Source: Pseudomonadota bacterium
Lineage (GTDB): Bacteria; Pseudomonadota; Gammaproteobacteria; Burkholderiales; Methylophilaceae
Length of the DNA stretch: 64,000 nucleotides
Direction: 5' to 3'
Assembly (NCBI GenBank): GCA_040387515.1
Contig: JAZKDP010000016.1
Coordinates: forward strand, 35,735-99,734
The position numbers and the translations under genes are program-made. The notes beneath the pieces are model-generated. The model was not told where the DNA came from, did no database searches, and was given only the letters and a program-made list of their open reading frames with translations. Positions within the stretch are counted from its first letter, which is position 1; every line of letters starts with the position of its first letter. Positions 51,090 to 64,000 of this stretch are shown in pieces.

Positions 51090-52568
51090 ATGCGATATCC
51101 TCGCCCTATTCTCAGCGTATCGTCATTAGCGTTTTTACTAGCCACTTTGCTGTTAATCACCGCCTGTAATAAAACAGATGATGATACTAAGACCATTATT
51201 GAGCCAGCACCCAATGCAAAAAAAAGCAAAGTAATCACTTTTGTCACACTAAACAGCCTGAACACCTATTATGTAGATGGCAACAAAGAATTTGCGGGAC
51301 TTGAGTACGATTTAGCCAAATTATTTGTGAAAGAGCTGGGCGATGACACACAATTGAAATTGATTGTTGCCACCAATATTAATCAGGTTATTTCCACCAT
51401 ATTAAAGCACAAAGCCGATATTGCTGCGGCCGATGTCACCATTACAAATTCGCGCAAAGAAATGATTGATTTTTCGGACGATTATCAAGGTGTACAGCAA
51501 TTAGTGGTTTACAACATTGAAAAAAATAAAGAAGAGCAGAAGAAACCACCCAAACTATTAAAAGATTTAGTCGGTTTACACATTTCATTACCCGCAAGCT
51601 CCAGCTTTGTAGAGCGCCTAACCAAACTGCAAGCCACCGAACCGGGTTTAATGTGGGAAGAGCGCCCACATGCTGACTCAGAGAAACTATTACAAGAGCT
51701 TGAGCGTGGTGAGATTGATTACACCATTGCTGATAGTCATTTGGTTTCTATAATGCAAAATTATTATCCCCATTTGGGTGTAGCGTTTGCGCTTGGTGAG
51801 CCTGAAAAAATTGCATGGGCGATGCCTAAAAACAGAAACCCTGAACTGCAACAGAAAGTGAATGCATTTTTTAATCGAATTAAAAAAGATGGCACTTTAC
51901 GGAATTTACTGGATCGCTATCAAGGCAATGTAAAACGCCTTAAACCAGTGGATATTAAAACTTTTTTAATTCGCAGCCGCACGTTGCTGCCAAAATACAA
52001 ACGGCTTTTCCAACAAGCGCAAGAAATTACCGATTTAGATTGGCGTTTAATCGCCGCTCTTAGTTATCAGGAGTCACATTGGGATACATTCAACACCTCA
52101 CCCACCAATGTGCGCGGCTTGATGATGTTAACGGAAAGCACCGCCGACTTGATGAAAGTAACCGATAGATTAGACCCCAAACAAAGCATTCCTGCAGGCG
52201 CAAAATATATCAATCGGCTAAAAGAAACGATTCCTGATCGTGTGCCAGAGCCTGACCGCACCTATATGGCATTAGCCTCATACAATATTGGCTATGCGCA
52301 TGTAGAAGACGCACGTGTGTTGGCTCAACGCTTAAAATTAGACCCAAATCGCTGGGCAGATGTGAAAAAAACCTTGCTTATGCTAAGTGACCCAACGTAT
52401 TACGTTAATGCGAAATACGGCTACTGCGGCTGCGGACAGCCCGTTGTATTCGTCGAGTCAGTTCGCAGTTATTACAATATTTTAGCGCGCTTTGAACCCA
52501 GTTATGACGCTGTTGAGAACAGCTTTAAAATTGCCAGTGTGGATAATTTTAAAAGTGGTGATTTTTAA
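51090..52568 (+). CDS. mltF: Membrane-bound lytic murein transglycosylase F (SBP_bac_3 domain + SLT domain)
   Basis: Lipoprotein signal (LLITAC), an N-terminal periplasmic-binding-like domain, and a C-terminal SLT motif (ES…YNIGYAHVEDA). Confidence 0.8.
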   Translation: MRYPRPILSVSSLAFLLATLLLITACNKTDDDTKTIIEPAPNAKKSKVITFVTLNSLNTYYVDGNKEFAGLEYDLAKLFVKELGDDTQLKLIVATNINQVISTILKHKADIAAADVTITNSRKEMIDFSDDYQGVQQLVVYNIEKNKEEQKKPPKLLKDLVGLHISLPASSSFVERLTKLQATEPGLMWEERPHADSEKLLQELERGEIDYTIADSHLVSIMQNYYPHLGVAFALGEPEKIAWAMPKNRNPELQQKVNAFFNRIKKDGTLRNLLDRYQGNVKRLKPVDIKTFLIRSRTLLPKYKRLFQQAQEITDLDWRLIAALSYQESHWDTFNTSPTNVRGLMMLTESTADLMKVTDRLDPKQSIPAGAKYINRLKETIPDRVPEPDRTYMALASYNIGYAHVEDARVLAQRLKLDPNRWADVKKTLLMLSDPTYYVNAKYGYCGCGQPVVFVESVRSYYNILARFEPSYDAVENSFKIASVDNFKSGDF

Positions 52569-52660
52569 AACTATTAGTTTTGAAGTTGGTCATTTAACAA
52601 GAGTTACAAAGTGATTAATTTAATCTGGCTGAGCTACTCAATAACACAGCCAACTTAAAA

Positions 52661-55283
<2,623 letters not shown>

Positions 55284-55439
55284 TTATTTTTTCTTTGATT
55301 TGAGGTTGAAGTTTACAATTTTATTGTACGGTTTATAGGGTTTTATCGATAGATGGTTTAGATCCGCTAATAAAGTGAAAAGTCAGGCTAAACCACCCGT
55401 TAATTGTCTAAGAAAATGGATGGCAGAGCGCTTAAAATC

Positions 55440-56075
55440 TCACTCGCTCACCACATCGACACCTTTAGGCGGAGTAAATAAAAAAGCTGAAGCTTGTAGT
55501 GCAGGATTTCGCTCAACCGCGTCAAAAGTAATGAGCGTGATGTGATTAAAGCTATCGTGGAGTTCCATTTTGCGCAGTTTTTCGTCTTTAAAACCCAATA
55601 AAACGCGCTCAAATCCACTCTCTTTGTCTTTCGGCAGCGCCAAAACCCAAGTTAAATCATCTTTACGTGCCGCATTCTTAATTGTAAAACTTTTTTCTAC
55701 GGTATCACCACCCGCCAGCAAAGCCGCGGGGCTAGAGCCTAATGTTTTGCTCAATTCGCGAATCGTCACTTGTTGCAAATCCGTATCGTACAAAAAGACT
55801 TGTTTGCCATCGCTGATAATTTGCTGTTCGTACGGCTTTGAATAGTCCCAACGAAACTTGTTTGGGCGTTGTAATTGCATTGAGCCCTGTACTTCTTGAA
55901 TTTTTCGACCTTGAATATCGGTCACCACTTGGCTAAATTGCGCACGCATAGCATTCGTGTTATTGAAAAAATCACTCAAACTAGCTACGCCATCAGCAAG
56001 TGCCGCTTGTGAAACAGCCATTTGTGAAACAATGAATAAACTGCTTACTAATATTTTTTTAATCAATTGATGCAT
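55440..56075 (-). CDS. lolA: Outer-membrane lipoprotein carrier protein LolA
   Basis: The start is set at [14 protein letters not shown]… (signal peptide). The longer ORF-track form overlaps ftsK. ftsK-lolA-rarA-serS is conserved synteny. Confidence 0.75.
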   Translation of the reverse strand: MHQLIKKILVSSLFIVSQMAVSQAALADGVASLSDFFNNTNAMRAQFSQVVTDIQGRKIQEVQGSMQLQRPNKFRWDYSKPYEQQIISDGKQVFLYDTDLQQVTIRELSKTLGSSPAALLAGGDTVEKSFTIKNAARKDDLTWVLALPKDKESGFERVLLGFKDEKLRKMELHDSFNHITLITFDAVERNPALQASAFLFTPPKGVDVVSE

Positions 56076-58434
56076 TACCTTTTGCCAAAACCTCTCTGTT
56101 ACCGTTGCTTTGCATGGCAGATACCAAACCTGCACGTTCCATGTCTTCAATCAACCTTGCAGCACGGTTATAACCTATTCTAAGCTGACGCTGAACCGAT
56201 GAAATACTGGCGCGACGACTGGTTAACACAATATTTACCGCCTCATCATACAAAGGGTCTTTTTCTGCGCCATTGTCGCTACTAAACTCACCTGCTTCGG
56301 CACCGCCTTCAGCTTCGTTAGTCAAAATGCCCTCTATATAGTTCGGCTCACCCATGGCTTTCAGGTGATTAACCACTTGATGCACTTCATGATCGGACAC
56401 AAACGCGCCATGAATCCGCATCGGGTAACCCGTACCAGGCGGCATATAAAGCATATCACCTTGACCTAATAACGCTTCAGCACCCATTTGGTCTAGAATC
56501 GTGCGTGAGTCAATTTTACTAGACACTTGAAACGCTATACGTGTCGGGATATTCGCTTTGATTAAACCGGTAATCACGTCCACTGACGGTCGTTGCGTTG
56601 CCAATACCAAGTGAATACCTGAAGCACGCGCTTTTTGTGCCAAACGAGCGATTAACTCTTCCACTTTTTTGCCTACCACCATCATCAAGTCGGCCAATTC
56701 ATCAATCATCACCACAATCATCGGCATCTCTTCCAATGGTTCTGGCTCATCTGGCGTTAAGCTAAATGGGTGCGGAATTTTTTCGCCAGCTTTTTCAGCG
56801 TCTTTAATTTTTTGGTTATAGCCCGCTAAATTACGCACGCCTAACATAGACATCAATTTATAGCGCCGTTCCATCTCAGCCACACACCAATTTAATGCGC
56901 TTGCCGCTTGGCGCATATCGGTTACCACTGGCGCCAGTAAGTGCGGAATACCTTCATACACTGAAAGCTCTAGCATTTTCGGGTCAATTAGAATCATGCG
57001 TACTTTGCTGGGTTCAGATTTATATAACAAGCTTAAAATCAGAGCATTAATCGCCACCGACTTACCTGAACCCGTTGTACCCGCTACCAACACATGCGGC
57101 ATTTTGGCTAAATCGGCGACCACAGGTTTGCCTGCAATATCTTTACCCATGGCGATTGCCAATGGCGAATGCATCTCTGCATACACTTGGCTACCCATGA
57201 TTTCAGATAAAAATACAATCTGGCGTTTTGGATTCGGAATCTCTAAACCCATACAGCTTTTGCCAGGAATGGTTTCTACTACGCGAATACTCACCACAGA
57301 CAATGCACGCGCTAAATCACGCGCTAGATTAGTGATTTGGCTACCTTTAACACCAGCAGCGGGCTCTAATTCAAAACGCGTAATCACTGGGCCAGGTTGC
57401 GCAGAGAGCACTTTAATTTCAATGCCAAAATCCATTAACTTGCGTTCAATTAAGCGTGAAGTAAAATCTAGCGTTTCAGCAGATGGTAAGTCCACGGTAT
57501 TGTTGGCAACATCCAGCAAATGCAATGGTGGCAAGCTGGAATCCATATCTGTCGCAAATAACGCGGTCTGTTTTTCTTTTTGCACGCGCTCGCTTTGTGC
57601 AATTTCAACCACAGGTGCTTTAATTTCAACTGGTGCGCGGTCTTCGGTACGTTTACGCTCTGCTTCCACAAACTCTTCACGCTTCTGCACCACCATTTTG
57701 CCAGCTTTTCTATCTTGCCAATCGTGGTATTTGTTAATTGACCAATCGTAAGCAGCAATCAAGTTTTTACCCAATTTTTCGGTCAGCATAATCCACGACC
57801 AGCCAGTGAATAAGCTAAAACCGACCGCAAATAGGGACAGCAATATCATGGTGGAGCCGGCAAAGCCAAACATACTGCGCAATGCTGCATCTACCGCGTT
57901 ACCCAGCATGCCACCGCTAATCAATGGCAACGTTGCTGGTAACGTAATGAAATGCCCTGCTTCTAAGGCGCAAGAAGAAATCAGCAATAATGCAAAGCCG
58001 ACTAAGTTGAATAGTAAAAACGGGCGCTCTGAGATAGTTAACTCTAAACGCAAATACACCAGCCACATGCTATAAAACGCTAAAATCACCCACCACCATG
58101 CTGAAAACCCGAACAAATACAGCAACATATCAGCAATCCAAGCGCCAACTGCACCACCTGCATTTTGAACGATCGCGTTATCAGAAGCCATGTGTGACCA
58201 CGAAGGGTCTTGGTTATCGTAGCTCACCAAAATCACTGCAAGATACAAACCAACCAATACCAAACCCAGCCACCATGCCTCGCGCACTAAGTTGGCGCCG
58301 TGTTGTTGCGATGGGCTAGGCGGCGCTTGTAGACGGCCATTCACTGCTGAAGATTTTTTATTAAAAAACAAACTGTTACAAACCTTATGATGATGAGAGA
58401 ATTTTTTATTTATTATAACAAAATCAAATTGCAC
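56059..58434 (-). CDS. ftsK: DNA translocase FtsK
   Basis: N-terminal multi-TM domain, linker, motor domain (GTTGSGKS Walker A) and a C-terminal gamma winged helix. Confidence 0.92.
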   Translation of the reverse strand: MQFDFVIINKKFSHHHKVCNSLFFNKKSSAVNGRLQAPPSPSQQHGANLVREAWWLGLVLVGLYLAVILVSYDNQDPSWSHMASDNAIVQNAGGAVGAWIADMLLYLFGFSAWWWVILAFYSMWLVYLRLELTISERPFLLFNLVGFALLLISSCALEAGHFITLPATLPLISGGMLGNAVDAALRSMFGFAGSTMILLSLFAVGFSLFTGWSWIMLTEKLGKNLIAAYDWSINKYHDWQDRKAGKMVVQKREEFVEAERKRTEDRAPVEIKAPVVEIAQSERVQKEKQTALFATDMDSSLPPLHLLDVANNTVDLPSAETLDFTSRLIERKLMDFGIEIKVLSAQPGPVITRFELEPAAGVKGSQITNLARDLARALSVVSIRVVETIPGKSCMGLEIPNPKRQIVFLSEIMGSQVYAEMHSPLAIAMGKDIAGKPVVADLAKMPHVLVAGTTGSGKSVAINALILSLLYKSEPSKVRMILIDPKMLELSVYEGIPHLLAPVVTDMRQAASALNWCVAEMERRYKLMSMLGVRNLAGYNQKIKDAEKAGEKIPHPFSLTPDEPEPLEEMPMIVVMIDELADLMMVVGKKVEELIARLAQKARASGIHLVLATQRPSVDVITGLIKANIPTRIAFQVSSKIDSRTILDQMGAEALLGQGDMLYMPPGTGYPMRIHGAFVSDHEVHQVVNHLKAMGEPNYIEGILTNEAEGGAEAGEFSSDNGAEKDPLYDEAVNIVLTSRRASISSVQRQLRIGYNRAARLIEDMERAGLVSAMQSNGNREVLAKGNASID

Positions 58435-58524
58435 AAAGCATGTCTATACAATTAATATTAAGCAAACTAACATTACACGTATTGATTAAGTTAATTAAGC
58501 ATTTATTTACCAAAGGAGCATCAC

Positions 58525-58989
58525 ATGGATATTGGGATTAAAGAACAAGATAGAAAAGCGATTGCAGAAGGCTTATCACACCTATTGGCTGACACTTATA
58601 GCTTGTATTTAAAAACACACTACTTTCATTGGAACGTAACAGGTCCAATGTTCAATACGCTACATTTGATGTTTGAAACCCAATATACCGAACTAGCTTT
58701 AGCGGTCGATTTAGTCGCTGAACGCATTCGTTCATTAGACGTCTACGCACCAGGGACTTACAGCCAATTTGCCAAATTATCCTCTATTAAAGAATCTGAT
58801 GGCGTGCCAAAAGCCAACGATATGATTGCAGAACTAGTGGCTGGACATGAAGCAGTCTGCCGCACTGCACGCAGCGTATTCCCCGCTGCTGAAAAAGCGT
58901 CTGATGAAGCAACTGCCGATTTGTTAACACAGCGTTTGCAACTGCATGAAAAAACCGCTTGGATGTTAAGAAGCCTTTTAGAAAAATAA
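58525..58989 (+). CDS. dps: Dps-family DNA-binding ferritin-like protein
   Basis: Dps signature ([12 protein letters not shown]…LHLMFE…). About 154 aa. Confidence 0.85.
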   Translation: MDIGIKEQDRKAIAEGLSHLLADTYSLYLKTHYFHWNVTGPMFNTLHLMFETQYTELALAVDLVAERIRSLDVYAPGTYSQFAKLSSIKESDGVPKANDMIAELVAGHEAVCRTARSVFPAAEKASDEATADLLTQRLQLHEKTAWMLRSLLEK

Positions 58990-59028
58990 CGCGCTAAAAA
59001 ATAATATTAATGCAATTAGCCTGCTTGA

Positions 59029-60039
<1,011 letters not shown>

Positions 60040-60096
60040 CTATAACTAGTTAACTTAACCCAATAATTAGGGCAACTTTTAATTGATGATGACAAT

Positions 60097-60828
60097 ATGG
60101 CAAAACCCAACCCATCATCGATTAAAAGTCAGTCGCTAACTCCAAAATCGTTAGCGCCAAAATCACTGGCGAAAAATAAAGTTACGCTAAACGCAATACC
60201 GCTCACAAAAACTGAAGCAATAGCCATCAAAAATGAGCTGGCGCAACTCAATATAGCTAAACAAGAGGCATTAAAAAACCAGCAGAAAACTGCTGAGATT
60301 CCCGCCGCAGAACAAGATAAGCACTTATTTTTGGAAGCCGTTAAAAACGCGCGCCCTTTAAATACAGAACCGCAACATTCCGAAAAAACCTTCCCCAAAC
60401 CTATCGCCAAGCAATTTATACGGGATGAAAAACAGGCGCTTAGAGATAGTTTAAGCGACGACTTTTACCCTGCGCATGAATTAGAAAGCGGCGAAGAACT
60501 GCTTTACCTGCGCACAGGCCAATCGCCTAGCGTTTTAAGCAAATTACGTCGCGGCTTTTGGGTGATTCAAGCGCAAATCGATTTACATGGATTAATCAGT
60601 GATGAAGCACGGGAATATGTAGCGGAATTTTTAAGCAGCTGCAAAAAACGCAATATCCGCTGTGTGCGTATTGTGCACGGTAAAGGTCTAGGCTCACGCA
60701 ATCGAGAACCTGTTTTAAAACATAAGCTACGCAACTGGTTAATGCAAAAAGATGAAGTGATTGCCTACGCGCAAGCTAAGCCTGAGGATGGTGGAAGTGG
60801 CGCGGTTATTGTGTTGTTAAAAGCTTAA
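60097..60828 (+). CDS. Smr-domain protein (SmrB-like endonuclease) with low-complexity N-terminus
   Basis: C-terminal Smr domain (IDLHGL…VRIVHGKGLGS). Confidence 0.7.
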   Translation: MAKPNPSSIKSQSLTPKSLAPKSLAKNKVTLNAIPLTKTEAIAIKNELAQLNIAKQEALKNQQKTAEIPAAEQDKHLFLEAVKNARPLNTEPQHSEKTFPKPIAKQFIRDEKQALRDSLSDDFYPAHELESGEELLYLRTGQSPSVLSKLRRGFWVIQAQIDLHGLISDEAREYVAEFLSSCKKRNIRCVRIVHGKGLGSRNREPVLKHKLRNWLMQKDEVIAYAQAKPEDGGSGAVIVLLKA

Positions 60829-60933
60829 CTTTTGATAAGAGCCTTTCGGCTATAATCCGCGATAAGACTGAATCTTTAAGTCTTAAAACCAACCATTTTT
60901 AAACTTAAGCAACAAAAATAATAGGGAATTAAA

Positions 60934-62349
60934 ATGATTTTTTCAAACGTTTTCATCATTAGCGCTATTGCAAGTGCTTTTATTTTTATCATACTGATTA
61001 TTGCGCTTTTACTCAGAAGAGTTGTACCTACCAACGAGGTGCACATTATCCAGTCTGGTAAATCAACGGTTTCATACGGCAAAGACAATGCTGCTGGCAA
61101 TACTTATTATGAATGGCCTTCATGGATTCCAAAAATCGGTATTGTAAAGTTTGTATTGCCAGTTTCGGTATTTGATGAAGACTTGGAATCATATGAGGCT
61201 TACGATAAAGGTAGACTACCCTTTGTTGTGGATGTTAAAGCTTTTTTTAGAATCACAGATTCAAATGTGGCTGCGCAACGCGTTAGCTCGTTTGATGAAC
61301 TTCGCGGCCAATTAAAAGCTATTTTACAAGGTGCGGTAAGAACGATACTTGCTTCTGCAGATATAGAAGAGATCATGCAAGGTCGTAGCCAATTCGGCGA
61401 ATCATTTACACGTGAAGTTGAAGCTCAACTTAAAAACTGGGGTGTTTCAACTGTTAAAAATATCGAGCTTATGGATATTAGGGACGCTAATGAATCATTT
61501 GTGATTAAAAATATCATGGAAAAGAAAAAATCGCTGATTGAAATGCAAAGCCGCATTGAAGTAGCTGAAAATTTAAAGAAAGCGAATATTGCCGAAATTG
61601 AAGCAAAGCGTGAAACAGATGTGCAAGCACAAGATGCACTACAAAAAGTGGGCTCTAGGACTGCTGAAAAAGAGCAGGCCGTGGGTATCGCCAACGAACT
61701 CTCTCAGCAATCTATCAAAGAACAGGCAAAAATTACCAAGCAAAAAGAGCTCGAAATTATCAAAGTTTCTGAAGTAATGCAAGCGAACATCAATAAAGAC
61801 GTTCAAATCGTTAAAGCTAATCAGGACAAAGAAACTGCTGCGATTAATAAAGAAATGGCGATTATTAAAGCTGCTCAGGAAAAAGAAACCACTATTTTGG
61901 TAGCTGAAGGTACGAAATCAACCACCATTCTAGTGGCCGAAGGTAACTTAGAAAGTAAAAAACGCGAGTCAGAAGGTATTGCAGTAGAAGGTACAGCGCG
62001 TGCTGAGGCAGAAAAAGCAATGCAACTTGCGCCAGTACAAGCGCAGATTGTACTGGCCAAAGAAATTGGTGAAAATGCTGGTTATCAACAATATTTAGTC
62101 ACTATTGAACAAGTAAGAGCTACTCAAGCTGTTGGTATTGAACAAGCGAAAGCGCTTTCTCAAGCAGATTTAAAAGTTATCGCTAATGCTGGTAATGTCG
62201 AAAATGGCATGAAAAATATTATGGATATTTTCTCTTCAACTGGTGGCACTAACATGGGTGCAATGCTTGAAGGGTTTGCCCAGACAGAACAAGGGCAGGC
62301 GTTGCTTGAAAAAGCTGGTGTTAAAAAGTCCAAAGGTAGTGAAGTTTAA
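60934..62349 (+). CDS. Flotillin/SPFH (band 7) family protein, YqiK-like
   Basis: N-terminal TM segment, an SPFH domain, and a long coiled-coil tail with internal repeats (…ETTILVAEGTKSTTILVAEG…). Confidence 0.75.
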   Translation: MIFSNVFIISAIASAFIFIILIIALLLRRVVPTNEVHIIQSGKSTVSYGKDNAAGNTYYEWPSWIPKIGIVKFVLPVSVFDEDLESYEAYDKGRLPFVVDVKAFFRITDSNVAAQRVSSFDELRGQLKAILQGAVRTILASADIEEIMQGRSQFGESFTREVEAQLKNWGVSTVKNIELMDIRDANESFVIKNIMEKKKSLIEMQSRIEVAENLKKANIAEIEAKRETDVQAQDALQKVGSRTAEKEQAVGIANELSQQSIKEQAKITKQKELEIIKVSEVMQANINKDVQIVKANQDKETAAINKEMAIIKAAQEKETTILVAEGTKSTTILVAEGNLESKKRESEGIAVEGTARAEAEKAMQLAPVQAQIVLAKEIGENAGYQQYLVTIEQVRATQAVGIEQAKALSQADLKVIANAGNVENGMKNIMDIFSSTGGTNMGAMLEGFAQTEQGQALLEKAGVKKSKGSEV

Positions 62350-62398
62350 TACCTATTTATCCCTGTATAGCGCAGGTGACGTACCTGCGCTACGTTAA

Positions 62399-62878
62399 TT
62401 ACAACCCCAACTCACTCAAACCCACATGTCCATCTGGCCTGCGCCCTAATGGCCAAAAGAATTTACGGTCCGTTTCTTTTATCGGCAAATCGTTAATACT
62501 GGCGTAGCGTAATTCCATTAAGCCGTTTGCATCAAACTGCCAATTTTCGTTTCCATATGAGCGAAACCAGTTGCCTGCTTCATCATGCCATTCATACGCA
62601 AAGCGCACAGCGATGCAGTTGTGATCAAACGCCCATAATTCTTTAATTAAGCGATATTCCAGTTCTTTCGCCCATTTTCGGGTTAAGAATTCGACGATTT
62701 GCGCACGACCTTTAGGAAATTCCGCGCGGTTACGCCATTGCGAATCTTGCGTATAAACCATCGAAACACGTTGCGGATCGCGGCTATTCCAGCCATCTTC
62801 TGCCATGCGCACTTTTTGTAATGCAGTTTCGCGCGTAAATGGCGGCACTGGTGGTTTGATTTCAATATTTTCTGACAT
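62399..62878 (-). CDS. NTF2-like/SnoaL-like small protein (DUF1348-like)
   Basis: About 159 aa with an alpha+beta cone-like composition. I cannot assign a catalytic motif. Confidence 0.4.
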   Translation of the reverse strand: MSENIEIKPPVPPFTRETALQKVRMAEDGWNSRDPQRVSMVYTQDSQWRNRAEFPKGRAQIVEFLTRKWAKELEYRLIKELWAFDHNCIAVRFAYEWHDEAGNWFRSYGNENWQFDANGLMELRYASINDLPIKETDRKFFWPLGRRPDGHVGLSELGL

Positions 62879-63008
62879 TTCAATCTCCTTTTAAATTAAT
62901 TTTATGGGATACAGTGCAAGGCGCACGGAGCACAGAAACCGGAATGTACACAAAGTACATGAGGATTTCGAGCACCGCGTAACGCAGCAATGTGCCCATA
63001 AAATTGAT

Positions 63009-64000
63009 TTACTGCTCACCCAAAAAACCGCCGCTTTGATGCGTCCATAAGCTGGCATACAAACCACCCAGTTTCAGCAATTCAGCATGGCTACCCTCTT
63101 CAATAATATTGCCTTTATCCAAGACGATTAATCGATCCATTGCGGCAATGGTTGAAAGTCTGTGTGCGATGGCGACGACGGTTTTTCCTTGCATCAGATT
63201 GTAAAGGCTAGCTTGAATCACAATTTCCACTTCGCTATCCAATGCGCTGGTCGCTTCATCTAACAGCAAAATCGGTGCATCTTTTAACATCACGCGCGCA
63301 ATCGCGATGCGTTGGCGTTGGCCGCCAGATAGCTTTACACCGCGCTCGCCAACATGCGCATCGTAACCTGTGCGGCCTTTAACATCGCTCAAGTTAAGTA
63401 TGAATTCATGCGCTTCGGCACGTTTGGCGGCGGCGATCATCTCTGCTTCTGTCGCATCTGGGCGACCATACAAAATATTATCGCGCACGCTTCGGTGTAA
63501 AAGTGAGGTATCTTGCGTGACCATACCGATTTTTTCGCGCAGGCTGTTTTGGGTGACCAAATTCACGTTTTGACCATCGATCAACACGCTGCCCGCCTCT
63601 ACTTCATAAAAGCGCAATAGCAAGTTGACAATGGTGGACTTTCCCGCGCCTGAACGACCGACTAAGCCGACTTTTTCGCCTGGTTTAATGGTTAAGTTAA
63701 GCGCTTCTAATACGGTTTTTTTATTGGCCGTTTGCTTTTCGCTGTTATAACCAAAATCTACCGCGTCAAATTTCACTTCGCCATTTTGCACAACCAATGG
63801 TTTTGCGTTTGGCGCATCGATGATTTTATTGTGCGATGTCAATGTGTTAATACCGTCTTGCACCGTGCCGACTTGTTCGTACAGCGAGGTCATTTCCCAC
63901 ATCACCCAATGTGAAACGCCGTTTAAGCGCAGCGCCATCGCGGTTGCCGCCGCCAAACCGCCAATGGTCACTTCGCCCTTGCTCCACAGCCACAAGGCCG
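63009..64000 (-). CDS. ABC transporter ATP-binding/permease, MsbA-like (C-terminal ATPase domain; N-terminal part lies outside the window)
   Basis: Walker A GRSGAGKST, signature LSGGQRQR, and Walker B LLLDEATSALD. The ORF continues past the window end. Confidence 0.85.
   Translation of the reverse strand, partial: ALWLWSKGEVTIGGLAAATAMALRLNGVSHWVMWEMTSLYEQVGTVQDGINTLTSHNKIIDAPNAKPLVVQNGEVKFDAVDFGYNSEKQTANKKTVLEALNLTIKPGEKVGLVGRSGAGKSTIVNLLLRFYEVEAGSVLIDGQNVNLVTQNSLREKIGMVTQDTSLLHRSVRDNILYGRPDATEAEMIAAAKRAEAHEFILNLSDVKGRTGYDAHVGERGVKLSGGQRQRIAIARVMLKDAPILLLDEATSALDSEVEIVIQASLYNLMQGKTVVAIAHRLSTIAAMDRLIVLDKGNIIEEGSHAELLKLGGLYASLWTHQSGGFLGEQ

Noticed and set aside
55440-56150. Full-length 236-aa version of the lolA ORF
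   Set aside because: The upstream extension overlaps the ftsK 3' end by about 90 nt and lacks a signal peptide. The start was trimmed to the MHQLIKK methionine at 56075.

Overview
This is a low-GC, gene-dense chromosomal segment whose genes resemble those of a methylotroph-like betaproteobacterium. Most of it is conserved housekeeping: glnE, acs, msrB, prfC, yhdP-tldD, efp-earP, greB, an addAB-like helicase/nuclease pair, mfd, rpiA, mltF, and the serS-rarA-lolA-ftsK / dps-trxB block. The standout feature is a compact chromosomal integron at about 4.6-7.3 kb. It has an IntI-type integrase with the IntI-specific insertion, an AT-rich attI, and three short gene cassettes, each ending in an attC site. 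The cassette borders can be mapped to the base, because each attC R'' box is the exact reverse complement of G plus the first six bases of its own cassette. The cassettes carry two small polytopic membrane proteins of unknown function and an RlpA-like (DPBB) lipoprotein, none of which looks like a resistance gene. Other points worth a second look: a MerP/MerT-like pair without merA/merR, flanked by an outer-membrane protein and a Cys/His/Met-rich secreted protein; a DUF3147-like membrane gene translationally coupled to earP-efp, where EF-P carries Arg32; a Cpx-like envelope-stress module (cpxP divergent from cpxRA) with a visible CpxR box; separate dhaL-dhaK genes with no dhaM; a 19-codon hydrophobic mini-ORF fused to the acs stop codon; and a 15-bp in-frame tandem repeat at the rpiA 5' end. 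I found no rRNA, tRNA, CRISPR array, IS element or prophage genes.
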